A DNA stretch of 64,000 bases from Thalia democratica (Eukaryota). Below, piece after piece: positions 12,794 to 24,580 of this stretch; positions within the stretch are counted from its first letter, which is position 1, and each line of letters opens with the position of its first letter. A program made the translations under genes and the position numbers. The notes beneath the pieces are model-generated. The model saw only the letters and a list, made by a program, of their open reading frames with translations. It was not told the origin of the DNA and ran no database searches. The stretch lies in the NCBI GenBank assembly GCA_965202585.1, contig OZ241832.1, positions 33,666,001 to 33,730,000 on the forward strand, given 5' to 3'.

Positions 12794-14879
12794 GCTCATC
12801 GCGGAGCGTTTGAGTGTTTTGTGTTAGTGTTCTGTTGGAAGCTTGAATCGGGAAGGTTGTGTCTTGAAGTCGGCGTTAAGTGTGTCTTGCAGTTTTTATT
12901 TTGTCTCACTTCGAGCGTTTCGCTTCTTCTTTCCTTCGTTTTGAATAAGAGTTTGAACCAAATTGTTTTTTTTTTCTTATGATTCTATTTTCTCATTCAT
13001 AAAAACTCAAATCATGATGTTGTATTTAAATGGAATTGTTAAAGAATTTATGTGATTGTAGTATTTTGATTATTTTTAGCTAATAAACTTGATAAAAAAA
13101 AGTATTTTTGTATACACTATATTCTAAGTAGAGTAATGAAGTAAATTTTAAGTATTTAAGTTTATACAAAAAACAAAAAAATAACTATTGTTCTGATAAA
13201 ATACCTTTGAAACTTTGTATTATTATATAAAGTAATACTATATATTAATATTAAATGTTAAATGGTAGTAAAAAATACTATGTTAATCAAAATCGTCAAA
13301 AAATTTAAAGAGGTTTAACACAGCAAAATAAATAAAATTAATTAGAAGTAAATAAAAGCTTATATGATAAAAAAAGGAATCTAAAATAAATTTTAATTAG
13401 TTTAAGTTTAAAAACATAGAGCTTTAAAACGATTTAGATAAAATTTAGTTTTTATTTTTTATTTTAATAATTGTATTAAAACCAGCGCTTAAAACTGCAG
13501 TGTCAAACTTTACGTGATTTTAGTAATCAGTTTTAGAAAAGTTTGCATATAGGATAACTATAGTAAACTTATTATACAAATTAAGTTGCAAATAAAAAGA
13601 AAAGTTTAACACCGCACTATGAAATTCTGATTTTTCTATTATAGTTTTAATTAAAGTGGTTTACTTAAAGCAAAAAATATTTAGTTTTCAGTCGCTGAAA
13701 GTATATGTAAATTTTACTTAATTTAAAAAAATAAATAAAAGTCTTATTTTGTACTAGCAGTATTTATGAATATTTAAACAAAACGTTTTAAAACTTCAAA
13801 ATAAAAAATTTAATAAACTATAGGTTTTTAATGTGAAGAAAAAGTTTAAAATGATTAAAAGATAACTTTTAGTAAACTTATTTTTTGTTTCAAGTCTACA
13901 CAAAAACATTTAACGTTTAAAATAGTTGGTTTTCCAAAGTTTATTAACTAATATATGAAGTAGTGTTAAACTAAAAGTATGTTGTATTTTTACTTCATCG
14001 TCAAATATATAGTATGTAATTAGTAATTAAGTTGTAAAAAGTGCTTGAATTAATAGCTAAAACATAAGTATTAAATATAAGTAGCACAAAAAGTGTTGAC
14101 TTTGAATTTTATTTGAACAGTAACAATCAATTTTTTTAAGAAAAACTTTACTTTAATCACATGTAGCTAGAGCTACGTATAAAACGTAAAAAATAGATTG
14201 ATGGTTTTGTTTAACTATACAAAATTTTGACAGACTGTTAAGTAGATTATTTTTAGATGATAAAAATTGAATATGTTATTTATCTTAGGCTTGTTTGAAA
14301 AACTTGTCTTATCTTATAAAACTCCTCTAAAACTTAATTGTGCACTCCTTTTTGTATTAAAACTAATAAAGTTTGGAAAGTTTTACATTTTTATTTGAAT
14401 TTTACTTACTCTAGCCTTCAGTTTTCCTTTGAGGTTTTTATAAAACTTTTAAGTTTAACAAACTTTGTGTTTTTTAACTTAAAATTAAACACAATTACAA
14501 TAAATTACAAATGAGTTTATCTAATAAATGTCTATTTTAGCTACTTAACTTAGTTATAAAATATTTTGTGTAAGTAAAAAAACCTATTATTATTGTTTTT
14601 GTTGAAATTAATGACATTTTAAGACACGATATATATGTTTCGACTTATATTTAAATTTATTCTAATTCAAGTAAAAAACATTTTATAAATGCTTTTTTTA
14701 ATGCAAATAAATAACATCTTTTTATGTTGTTTTAAATTATAGAAATATTCTTGTTAACAAAAAAATGCTATTTTATTTGTATTTTTTACGTAGTAAAGTA
14801 ATTTTTTGATATACCTTATATTTTTTGAGCTTATATTAATATAATAATACGCATTTAAAACTAAAACCGTTTTTTTTAA

Positions 14880-15800
14880 ATTAAAACTCAGTAAGCGAAA
14901 AAAAGAACAAAATCTCGCCTGTTTTTACATCTCGGGTCGCTTGTTTGCCAACAAACAAATCTCACACTCAGCGTGAACCAAATAAAACCAACCCGACAAA
15001 AGAGCATCTCAGCGAGAAGTTAAAATCGATTTCCTCTTTGCTTGTTTTTTTTTCACTTGAAAAAACATATAGAATGTGTTTGTAAAGACTTGAAAATGTT
15101 AACGTTGAAAGTGTATTGCAAAATGAATTTATTCGTGCCAATTGGTCCGGCATTAAGTGATAAAATCTGCTGCATTAAGGCTAAACGGTCACTTTGATGC
15201 CGTGACGGACAGTTGTAATTTATTTTCATATTCATTTCGATGTGGTTTCGCTTCTGCTTTTGATGATAGAGATTTATTAAATAGTTTTAATGCATTTCAT
15301 CGCGAATGTTTATTGAAGTCAATAACAAAAGCGAGTTTGTTTTTCGCGCTTTCAAGTTTTATTGTTTGCCGTGTAAATGCTTTGAAATAGGAGTTTGTTG
15401 AATGAAAACTGATAAAATGTTTTGATAGTTAAAAAAAGTTTTTAACGACTGAAATTCACAATCAATTTTCAAATTTAAAAATCAACAGTATTTAGTTTTT
15501 AAACACAATGATTTTGCTCTGTGCATAATAAAACTAACGTAACAACACAAAACAGAAATTAAAACGCTTTTGTATTTTTACCACAATTGCTTAAATGTCT
15601 AATTTAAAAGGGCTTGGAATCAAGTTAAAATGTTGTGATGTAAACTAATTATGAAATAAATAAACAAAGCTTTGTTTTAGTTAATAATAATCTCGGTATG
15701 CGCGCACAAGAAAGCTTTTTGTTGTTTAGAATTTTTCATATTTCGAAACAGCTGCCCTTATATGCGCGAACACCTGTTGCCGAAAGCTAAGTAATAATTA
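14880..15800. promoter_or_regulatory. Enhancer-like islands downstream of GPCR A
   Basis: CpG-rich; repeated TGTTTG/AAACAAA Fox-like sites and E-boxes CAGCTG and CACCTG. Confidence 0.4.
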
Positions 15801-16041
15801 TTGATAGTGGTTAATTTCGCTTTTAACAAAGTTGCATTTCAGTACAAGAAAACTAAAAGAATAGGTATATTAGTTTTCTTAGGCCAGCTTTTTATCATCA
15901 TTAAGCAAATTCTTAGATAGCTTCATAACTATCTCAAAAAAAAGCAATTACTATCAAAGTTTTTTCAAACATTTGTATTCCAGGTTAACTTTTCATTTTC
16001 TAAGCTAATTTAGTTCGTGTAAAAACGTACTTTATACTGAA

Positions 16042-16597
16042 TGTAATGATATTAACATTTAATTTTCTTATTTTAAAGCGTGTGAATAAATACGGAATTT
16101 TCTGTAACAATAATATTAATGATATGCTTTCTCAAAACAATTATACCAATTCCCAAAACAACTCAAGGGAGTTAATTTCATTCCGACGCGTATATATCGG
16201 CGTTTTGTCTTTCAAATACGCGTTAAAGTTAGTTGCAAAGTTATTACGCGGTACGATCAAGTAACGTTTTACTTCAATTATTGAGAATCAAGAAAACGTC
16301 TACATAGCGGAGTTGATGTTAGTATTTATGTAACTTTACGATTGTTGATACTTTTTATAGATTTTATTTGTGTCGTGATTTAATAGTTTCTTTCTTCAGA
16401 ACTAAGAATTATTATTGAAAATAAAGTAAATTGCATTTATTCAAAGTGTGTTTTATTCATAACTTAGGAAATAGTTTTGTAACTTATACTGTTAGTATAT
16501 TATTTACTTCTCGTAAGTATAGCAGTTAGTAAGTTACTGGAGACCACGTAGTTAAGACAAAAACATAAACATCAATAAAATAACCCATTTGGTTAAA
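16042..16597 (+). repeat. 5' LTR
   Basis: Begins TGTAATGAT, ends GGTTAAA; direct repeat of 19891-20446 (offset 3849). Confidence 0.95.
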
Positions 16598-16598
16598 G

Positions 16599-16616
16599 TG
16601 GAGACCACGCCGTGTC
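16599..16616 (+). other. Primer-binding site, degenerate tRNA-Trp-like
   Basis: TGGAGACCACGCCGTGTC directly after the 5' LTR; 13 of the first 16 nt match the tRNA-Trp PBS TGGTGACCCCGACGTGAT as remembered. Confidence 0.55.
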
Positions 16617-16670
16617 TTTTAAGAACCTTGAATCTTCTGGTTACAAATCTTTAAGCAGTCAACAGAATAA

Positions 16671-18506
16671 ATGCACACAAACAACAATGACGATATCAAT
16701 CTTAATAATTCTCATCAAGCAGAGATGATGAATGATAATGCTGAATTTTATCCGTCAAACAGCATTCAACAACAATTTAGAAAATCAAGCGAAGTTAAGC
16801 AGCTAACAAATGAAGAAGAGTTAAGAGTTTTGCAAATGCAAATAAAAAAGTTAAATAATAGATTAAAGCAGTCTAGATCACCACATTACGAACGTGCGAT
16901 GCTAGAAAAACGCGAACCTTTTTACGATGATTACGAAAAAAGTAATCAAAATAATTTAAAAATTTTTAGCGACACATTTAAGGCGCAAAGACTAAGTAAA
17001 AAGTTTAAAAGGTTAGACTTTGTAAGAAACCCTCGTGATATTATTAGTTTTTTCGAGGAGGAAATGTTAAATGAAAATATTTCTAGTAATACAGAAAAGT
17101 ATAAATTTTTAACTGGGTTTTGGCCGAGAGAAGAGTTGTCAGTCTATTATAAAATGACAGAACGAGGTGAAAGAAATTACAGTTCTTTAAGAAACTTTTT
17201 TATTAATAGGGACAATCAGTTAGCTGAAATTTTAGATAAAATTCCAATTTGGAATGAGTGTACAAACTTTAATAAAATATTTGCTACAGCCGTAAGTTGG
17301 GCCAAATGTCGAGAACAGGACAGAATTAAGTTTTTTCTTGCATACTTAATGCCCTTTTCGATCAAAGATAAGATTAGGGAACATTTTGATGAAAGCTTAG
17401 AACTTTGTAAAAGAAAAGCACAAGCCATATGGAATGCTTATAAAGAAAACGCATTAGTACCTAAGCAAGTTAATTACAATAGACTACAGCAGTATGAGCA
17501 AAGTCAGCATAGGTCTAAAATAAATTACCATAAGCGAGTTCGTCCTAATTATCAACAAAATTTTCATTTTAGAGATAATGGTATTAATCATAATTACAAT
17601 TATCGTCAACATAACCAAGATAGAGATAGTTTTAAACCAAGAAAATCATACAATGGGAATAGTAGTAATAATGTTAACATAGCACAGTGTTTGTCATGTC
17701 ATCAACACTTACCTACAAAAACATCTAATACAAGCAAAGAGTTTCAAACAACCAAAGAAAAAGCTCAGGTAACCAAAAACACTATAGCAGTTGGAGTAAC
17801 TGGTCAAGTAGTATGGTTTAATGTTCGCAAAGGTTACGGTTTTATTCAACGTGATGATCGGAACAGCGATATTTTTGTTCATTATACAGCTATCATCAAA
17901 AACAACCCTAACAAATTATTAAGGTCTCTTGCACAAGGAGAAAAAGTCCAGTTTGATATTGTTGTAGGTAAAAATAACATGTCAGAAGCCGCAAACGTGA
18001 CAGGTCCTAATGGTAAAACAGTTCAAGGGTCTAAGTATGCTGTAGATAAAAATTCAAACTACAATCAAAAACTTCAACAAAATATATTTAACGCAAACCA
18101 TCATTCTCGTAACCTCCAACAGCAAAAAATAAAAGCTAGTAGAGCTTATAAGCAAGCTTTTGCTTTTAAAGCAAAACAATGTAAACTTATCAAAGAAAAA
18201 CATCAGAAACAACAGCAGAAAAATATCAGTTACAATAAAAAGTATGATAGCAAGCCAAAATATCAAGTGCCAACAGTGCAGCTTAAAAGTTATAAACAAG
18301 ACTCAGGCTATTACAATTCTTCAAAAACAAAATCACAAACTAGCGTATCAAGCAACATATTAGCTAAAGAGAAAAACAATTTGGCAGTACTTAATTCCTT
18401 TGACAAAAAAGAAATTATAACACAGAATAAAAAAGAGTCAGAATTACTAATAGCAGGTCTAAAACTTTTAACATTTATCATAAAGCCTTTTGAAGATAAA
18501 ATATAA
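16671..18506 (+). CDS. Gag-like capsid protein fused to a Y-box-type cold-shock domain (611 aa)
   Basis: Intact ORF inside the LTRs. N-terminal coiled-coil-like segment, then a region resembling Gypsy capsid ([46 protein letters not shown]), a truncated knuckle CLSCHQH (17688). CSD at 17793-18041 with [11 protein letters not shown] (RNP1), IFVH (RNP2), [13 protein letters not shown] and [19 protein letters not shown], close to animal YB-1. Confidence 0.9.
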   Translation: MHTNNNDDINLNNSHQAEMMNDNAEFYPSNSIQQQFRKSSEVKQLTNEEELRVLQMQIKKLNNRLKQSRSPHYERAMLEKREPFYDDYEKSNQNNLKIFSDTFKAQRLSKKFKRLDFVRNPRDIISFFEEEMLNENISSNTEKYKFLTGFWPREELSVYYKMTERGERNYSSLRNFFINRDNQLAEILDKIPIWNECTNFNKIFATAVSWAKCREQDRIKFFLAYLMPFSIKDKIREHFDESLELCKRKAQAIWNAYKENALVPKQVNYNRLQQYEQSQHRSKINYHKRVRPNYQQNFHFRDNGINHNYNYRQHNQDRDSFKPRKSYNGNSSNNVNIAQCLSCHQHLPTKTSNTSKEFQTTKEKAQVTKNTIAVGVTGQVVWFNVRKGYGFIQRDDRNSDIFVHYTAIIKNNPNKLLRSLAQGEKVQFDIVVGKNNMSEAANVTGPNGKTVQGSKYAVDKNSNYNQKLQQNIFNANHHSRNLQQQKIKASRAYKQAFAFKAKQCKLIKEKHQKQQQKNISYNKKYDSKPKYQVPTVQLKSYKQDSGYYNSSKTKSQTSVSSNILAKEKNNLAVLNSFDKKEIITQNKKESELLIAGLKLLTFIIKPFEDKI

Positions 18507-19870
18507 ATATTTTCACAAAACTAACGAAACGGATTTTAATAAAGGTAAAAAATTGTAATTTTTTATTAACATGAACATCTATTTTAATATTTTTTAAACT
18601 CAGGTAATTTTTTTAAGAAGTTAAAATGAAAGAAACTATTAAGTGTATTTATTTTGTATTCTTTTCTGATACAATTTCTGAATTGTAAAGTTTATTGCTT
18701 TTTTACTTTTAATGATGTGTTATGAAGTTTTTTATATTATAAATTACAGTTTAGCAATTGAACTATTAATTAAAAGCTATCAAATAGCAATTATAAAATA
18801 GAAAAGTTTCATATGCCTATTTTTTGCATTAAAATTTTAGTAACTACTTTTTTTCTCTAACTTTAAAACAAAATTAAATTACCAGACTTTTTGCTCGTAA
18901 AATAATCAAGTTCAAGTTTAAAGCTTTAAAATTCAACTCGTGATAAACTTTTCCTATAAATTTTGAATTTAAAAGTACTTTCAACTCCCATTTAGTTTTG
19001 ACTGTTAACGATCGAAAAAAAGCACTCGCTAAATTTTACTCTTTATAAACTTCTACAATGCATAAGTTTTGTGTCACTTTATAAAGAAATACTTTATACT
19101 TGAATCCTATAAAAGTTTGTGCATGAAAATAGTACTTATTGTTTTGTAAAATACTTTAAAGAAAATGTTTTCTGTTTTGTTTATTAAAGTTTGCGAGTTA
19201 AATATTAAGAACATATGTTTTTCTAAGTTAAAAACAAAATTAAAATGTTTCATGTGTTTTAAAATATTAATTTTCTATTTAATGCACCTTTAGATGCTTA
19301 AAATGTTTTGTTTTGTATAAAATAATAGGTTTAAACGTAAATACTGACAGTTTCGTTATTGTCTTGTGGCATAATAACATAGTAGTTTTTACTAAACTTT
19401 CTTGAAAGAATATCTCAACTTTTTTTTTTTGAACCGCGTATTTTTGAAATGAATACTACATTGATGGACAATGAAAAGATGAATTTTTTCTATGTCAACA
19501 AGTGACTTCGATGAATTTTTGAATTTGAAGTTTAGAGAAGAACAAGCGAATTAAAACAGTTCGTTCCTGCTAAAAAAACCACCGTTGAAGAAGAAACCGG
19601 AAGAGGAATGCCGGAATAGAAAAAGCCCGAGGACAACAAGCCCAAGAACCCCGAGGAAAAGAAGCCAACTAAATGACTATCATTTTTACTTTGTCCTTAT
19701 GTGGTGTTTTATCTTAGTTTTTGTAAATTATGTAGTTTCTGAGATAATAAGTAATAGTTTCTTTTTCTTACTTTTTTTAACCCAAACTTTTAATATCGAT
19801 AAAAATGTTTAAAGTTAAGTAGGATTTTAAGGATTTAGATTATTTAAAATTAGGCTTTAAACACTAATTT

Positions 19871-19890
19871 AAAAGATAAAAACGAAATAG
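19871..19890 (+). other. Polypurine tract
   Basis: AAAAGATAAAAACGAAATAG (17/20 purines) immediately before the 3' LTR. Confidence 0.65.
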
Positions 19891-20446
19891 TGTAATGATA
19901 TTAACATTTAATTTTCTTATTTTAAAGCGTGTGAATAAATACGGAATTTTCTGTAACAATAATATTAATGATATGCTTTCTCAAAACAATTATACCAATT
20001 CCCAAAACAACTCAAGGGAGTTAATTTCATTCCGACGCGTATATATCGGCGTTTTGTCTTTCAAATACGCGTTAAAGTTAGTTGCAAAGTTATTACGCGG
20101 TACGATCAAGTAACGTTTTACTTCAATTATTGAGAATCAAGAAAACGTCTACATAGCGGAGTTGATGTTAGTATTTATGTAACTTTACGATTGTTGATAC
20201 TTTTTATAGATTTTATTTGTGTCGTGATTTAATAGTTTCTTTCTTCAGAACTAAGAATTATTATTGAAAATAAAGTAAATTGCATTTATTCAAAGTGTGT
20301 TTTATTCATAACTTAGGAAATAGTTTTGTAACTTATACTGTTAGTATATTATTTACTTCTCGTAAGTATAGCAGTTAGTAAGTTACTGGAGACCACGTAG
20401 TTAAGACAAAAACATAAACATCATTAAAATAACCCATTTGGTTAAA
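19891..20446 (+). repeat. 3' LTR
   Basis: Matches the 5' LTR except ATCATTAAAA versus ATCAATAAAA near the 3' end. Confidence 0.95.
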
Positions 20447-21039
20447 TGAATACTAAAATAAAAAATTAAATTATATCTGCTCTTTATGATTCTTTAACAA
20501 CGTATATTTTAATGAACAGGTTTTACACAAACTTATCACGTTTTATTTAAAACTTATGTCTTTTTTAAATTAAAATAGAAACGTCTAACATTATTTAAAT
20601 ATCTAAATTTTTGTGTACTTAAATAAACTAAAGTTTCACTACAACTACACAACTTTTTAAGTATTTTTGAAGATTAAAATGTTGTTTCTTATATGAAATC
20701 GTGACTGTAATCGATATTACATTAATATTTAACACATACAGTAAGACTCGAGAGCTACTAATATAGTAGCAAGATAGACTTTTTAATTAGGCTGATGCTA
20801 AACATAGCAAAGACTGAGTAATTTCTTAGAAAATAATCTAAATTTATTTTAAATTTTAATATGAAAGCTTTAGACTATTACACAAGCTTTCTATTTTTTT
20901 ACAGTAAACCTTGTAAATTAAGTTTAAACTCAAAAACCATATCTTTTATTTTTAGCTAAATAAACGTTCACCAAAACAGCTTCCCAAAATAAACTTTAAG
21001 AAATATTATAAACACTCAAAAAACAGTTTTTCGTTTTAA

Positions 21040-24000
21040 AACCGTCACTGCGTGTTGTTACTGCTGATACAACAATCTCAACAAAAAGAAAAGCACCTAA
21101 TTCACAACGGTTGTTTTCACAAGGCAACAAAGGGCACGACCATTGATTGAATAATATGGGAACTTCACGGCCAATGCAGGAAAGCTCGTAGCTTGGCAAT
21201 AAACTTTGTTTTGTAACAGTACGCGCGCTGTTATTACAGCGTTTGCGCCTTACAAAAACACGCAAGTTGCTTGTGCGTGTATGAAAAGAAAGCAACGTGA
21301 AAAAGTCGGCTCATTCCACCACTAAACTGAATAATAGACAATTGAACTTAAGGTAATGGCTCAATTTACACAGTGTTAAGCGCCGATGTGGTCGCTTGCA
21401 AAGTTTTGTCCATGAGAACGGATTACTTCTGTGAAAATCGCGCAAATTGAATATAATCTCGACGCGACAAGCCAGCGAACAAGCCAGCGAACAAGCGAAT
21501 TGCCTCAATACTTTTCCCTCTCTTTATTTCGACAATGGGGTGAAGGCTTTCCGTTAGCACGTTGTCAACAACTTGCGCGCCTTTTATTTTTAGAAACAGT
21601 GTGGGAAAGTGGTGCCTCGTCCGATTTAGCAAATGCGTTTTTAATTGCTCTGATGCTCGTCATACTGACAACCTGCGCAAACTCGATTAAACGTCGCGAC
21701 CCTGCAACGGGTAATTACCCCCGACCGCAACAAAAGTGAGTTGACAGTTTCCGCGCCTTCGCAGACGCATCGAGGGGCTTGCTTGGATTTTCAGCGGGAA
21801 TTATCGCAGGTGTGTTGATCCTACTAGGGTTTAATGTGGGTCATGTATAAAACTAGCCATTATTTATATATTAATGTGGGTTATGCATTACAGGAAACTG
21901 GCCAGACCCTCTAAGCCGGCCGACATGTGAACCAGGGGTCGCCAAGTTCACGCTTCGTGCTATGATCTGCTGGTGAAAGTTTCAATTTCCTGCGCTTAAC
22001 GAGAAAAATTTACTTTAAATTAATTTCGGGTTAACTTTTAATCGCGGCTGCGAAAAAAACACGGAGCTTGTGTTGGTTTATCTGCTGATTACATCGCTGA
22101 TTTTGGAGATATGCTCCAAAATTAGGTTACTACAAGGCTTTTAACAACTTTTTGTTTCGCTAATGGCTTTACTCGATTTCAGTTAATCAAAGTCTTAGAC
22201 GCTTAGTCAACTTGTGTAACCTTAAAGCGAGCCTATAATAAAATGTATCCTACCCTTTTTTATACTTGTAAGCTCTTTGTTGTTTTTTTTTTACTGGGCT
22301 ATTACATTTTAATTTAATTGTTTTATATATGAGTTGCTGTCAAGTAGAATAGAAAGTTGTTAAATCAACTATTTCAAGTACTTATAAAGTCTAAATAGGA
22401 GCTATTTTAGTGTTTTGTATTATATTTATTTATTTGGTAGCTGGTTAAAAATAAATCTTAAAACTCTAAAAAAATTTGTCATTGAGCACTGTTGTGATTA
22501 GTGTTTTGGTTTTTAATAAATAAAAGATATTCTTATAAACAGCTATTTTTTGATTTAAATTTTTTTTTTAAGTTTCAGAATTAAATTTTTTAAAAGTTCA
22601 AAGGTTTAGATTTTTTAATATAAAATGCTTACTACTTTGTTAGAAAATTGTTATGAAACAAGTACTGTCAACACGATGCATTTTGTAAGTTATATTTGGT
22701 AAAAAACGTCTATATTAAATAAACTTATTAACTTTATTTTTAAATTTTAAAAGGTCTAAAATGTAATTATAAAACATCACGGTAACATTCCACGAGCTTA
22801 AATCGAAAGTCTAGTCAAAGCAAATGCGAATTTAAACTTCCAGAACCTTTCCAAATGCGTCTTACAGTACTGAAAATCACAAACATTTCCTGGAAATTGA
22901 AGCAAGCAAGCGGTTTGTGAGCATGAGCAAGGGTTAATAAACACAACTTTGCAGAATACATTCAATTTCGGAGACGTCCTGGGTTGGCAGATTGTATTTA
23001 CACATGGCTCAATCAAGCGCATTCCGTGTCATTGCGTTGACCGTTAAACGGCTTATTAGCGAGCTGATAAAGAGGCAAATCGCCGCGCTAAAGACCCGAT
23101 TGACGTCAAAGGTAATTGAATTGAAGATCGGTCACACCGAAATGTTCTTAACATTTTTCAGTAATTTTACGGTCATTTCAATGATGCGAGTTTCGACTGC
23201 CGTTTGGGTTTGGATAAGTTCGAAGAGTATTTCAAACTTGCGAGAATATAATGAGGAAACGAAAGTTACCTTTAAAGATTTTTTGGGGATTTCAGGTTAC
23301 AATAGTGCACGTTTGCATTTCGTGCTTTACACTCAAGTTTAATTTTTACCTTGCAAGTAATGTTTCGTGTAAAACATTTCTGTAAAGAGTTTTCCACTTG
23401 AACAACTGATTAAAAGCTTTTGTTGAGAACTCATTCTCACATTAGAGCACGCATAAATCAACAAGACTGATCGCCCGAACCCTAATGTAACTTGGTTTTA
23501 AGTCTATTTACGGGACAACACGGAAAATCTGATCAATTTTACAAATGAAAAACGTGAACTTTGCCTGCATAGTTGCACTTGACAGCGCTATTAACAACAT
23601 TTTGTTACATTTCGGCAAGACAAACGTACAAAGCTGCGAGCAGCACGCTTTTCACACTGAAACAATGAATTCCTTCATTGGAACTTCACGAGCGTCTTGT
23701 ACTAATAAGGAGACCCGAGCACACACTTCCATTTCGACCAAACTTTTTTATTATGTTTTATTTTGCCGGGGCAAGTATGCGATTTAACAGACCACGCTAA
23801 CCTCTGCGGCTTGATAAACGATGGAGCGCGTAGAATGCTAATTGATTTGTGGCGTCGCGCGGCATAAATTTGATTAAAATGTTTTCTGTCGTCCCGGCCA
23901 AATGTGCGCGTAACGGAATTACCGATTTCGAGCGTAGAGCAACATATGTTCAGCGGTGACAACGAAACAGAAAGAAATTTATGTAAAATGTAAAAGCAAT

Positions 24001-24580
24001 ATTTTATTTTTGAATGAAAAAAAATATTTATTTAGTGTTGTAATCGATTTTCATTTGATTTGAGTTTTTAAAAGATAATATATTCTATTTTTAGAGTGTT
24101 GTAAAGAAAGCAGTTTTAATCTTTTCAACCGTTCAAACTGCCGTATCACGTTTAAAATTACCCATTGAGCTTAAAATAACTGTGAATTTAAAATTCTTTT
24201 GAGAGAAAACTTTGTTGTTCAGCAGACAAGTAAGCACAAAAGTCCTGCATGAAGCCACAAGTGTCAAGTGTTTGTAGGCAGCGCAGTATACGGCTTAGCA
24301 GGAAGGGAACAACCAAGTTGCGGCCGTCAATTTACCAACGTCAATCACAGATTACAAGTTTGTGTATTGGATTTTATTGGAATTCTCGCAACTCATTGGA
24401 ACTGCTTGTAACTTCGTGCCACCTTGTGCACGGCAGCTGTTCACTGCGAGCTCTCGTTAACCCGCGCGTGACCCGCCAGCAGATATTCGAGGTTCATGCA
24501 GAGGTTGCCGGTTAATTTCGGACACGGTAAGCCGACACATGCACCAACAGAAGCAGCTTGGAAGTTTGAAGCGGTTTTTA
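21040..24580. promoter_or_regulatory. Block of three CpG-rich non-coding islands (about 21040-22100, 22780-23970, 24240-24580)
   Basis: No ORF with recognisable homology or codon bias. GTGGGAA (Su(H)-like, about 21600), GGAACTTCACG shared at about 21159 and 23681, three ATTGG boxes at 24366-24399, donor ACG|GTAAGC at 24527. Confidence 0.45.

Larger units (their letters stand above)
16042..20446 (+). mobile_element. Non-autonomous Ty3/Gypsy-like LTR retrotransposon (4405 bp, no pol)
   Basis: Two 556-bp direct repeats with one mismatch seen by eye, a 4-bp target-site duplication TGAA (16038-16041 and 20447-20450), a TGG-initiated PBS 1 nt after the 5' LTR, a purine tract abutting the 3' LTR, and one long gag-like ORF. 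Confidence 0.92.

Noticed and set aside
11495-12813. Many overlapping alternative-frame and antisense ORFs over GPCR A
   Set aside because: Shadow ORFs caused by GC3-rich codons lacking stops in other frames; only the spliced 7TM frame has coherent motifs.
17793-18041. Bacterial cold-shock gene, contamination or horizontal transfer
   Set aside because: The domain has animal Y-box-specific loop and C-terminal extension and sits in a eukaryotic LTR element with a TSD.
16046-20113. Identical 72-aa ORFs at 16046 and 19895
   Set aside because: They are the two LTR copies; AT-rich, no domain, most likely chance.
20996-24515. 70-116 aa ORFs inside the CpG islands
   Set aside because: No codon bias, splice logic or domain signature; expected by chance in GC-richer DNA.
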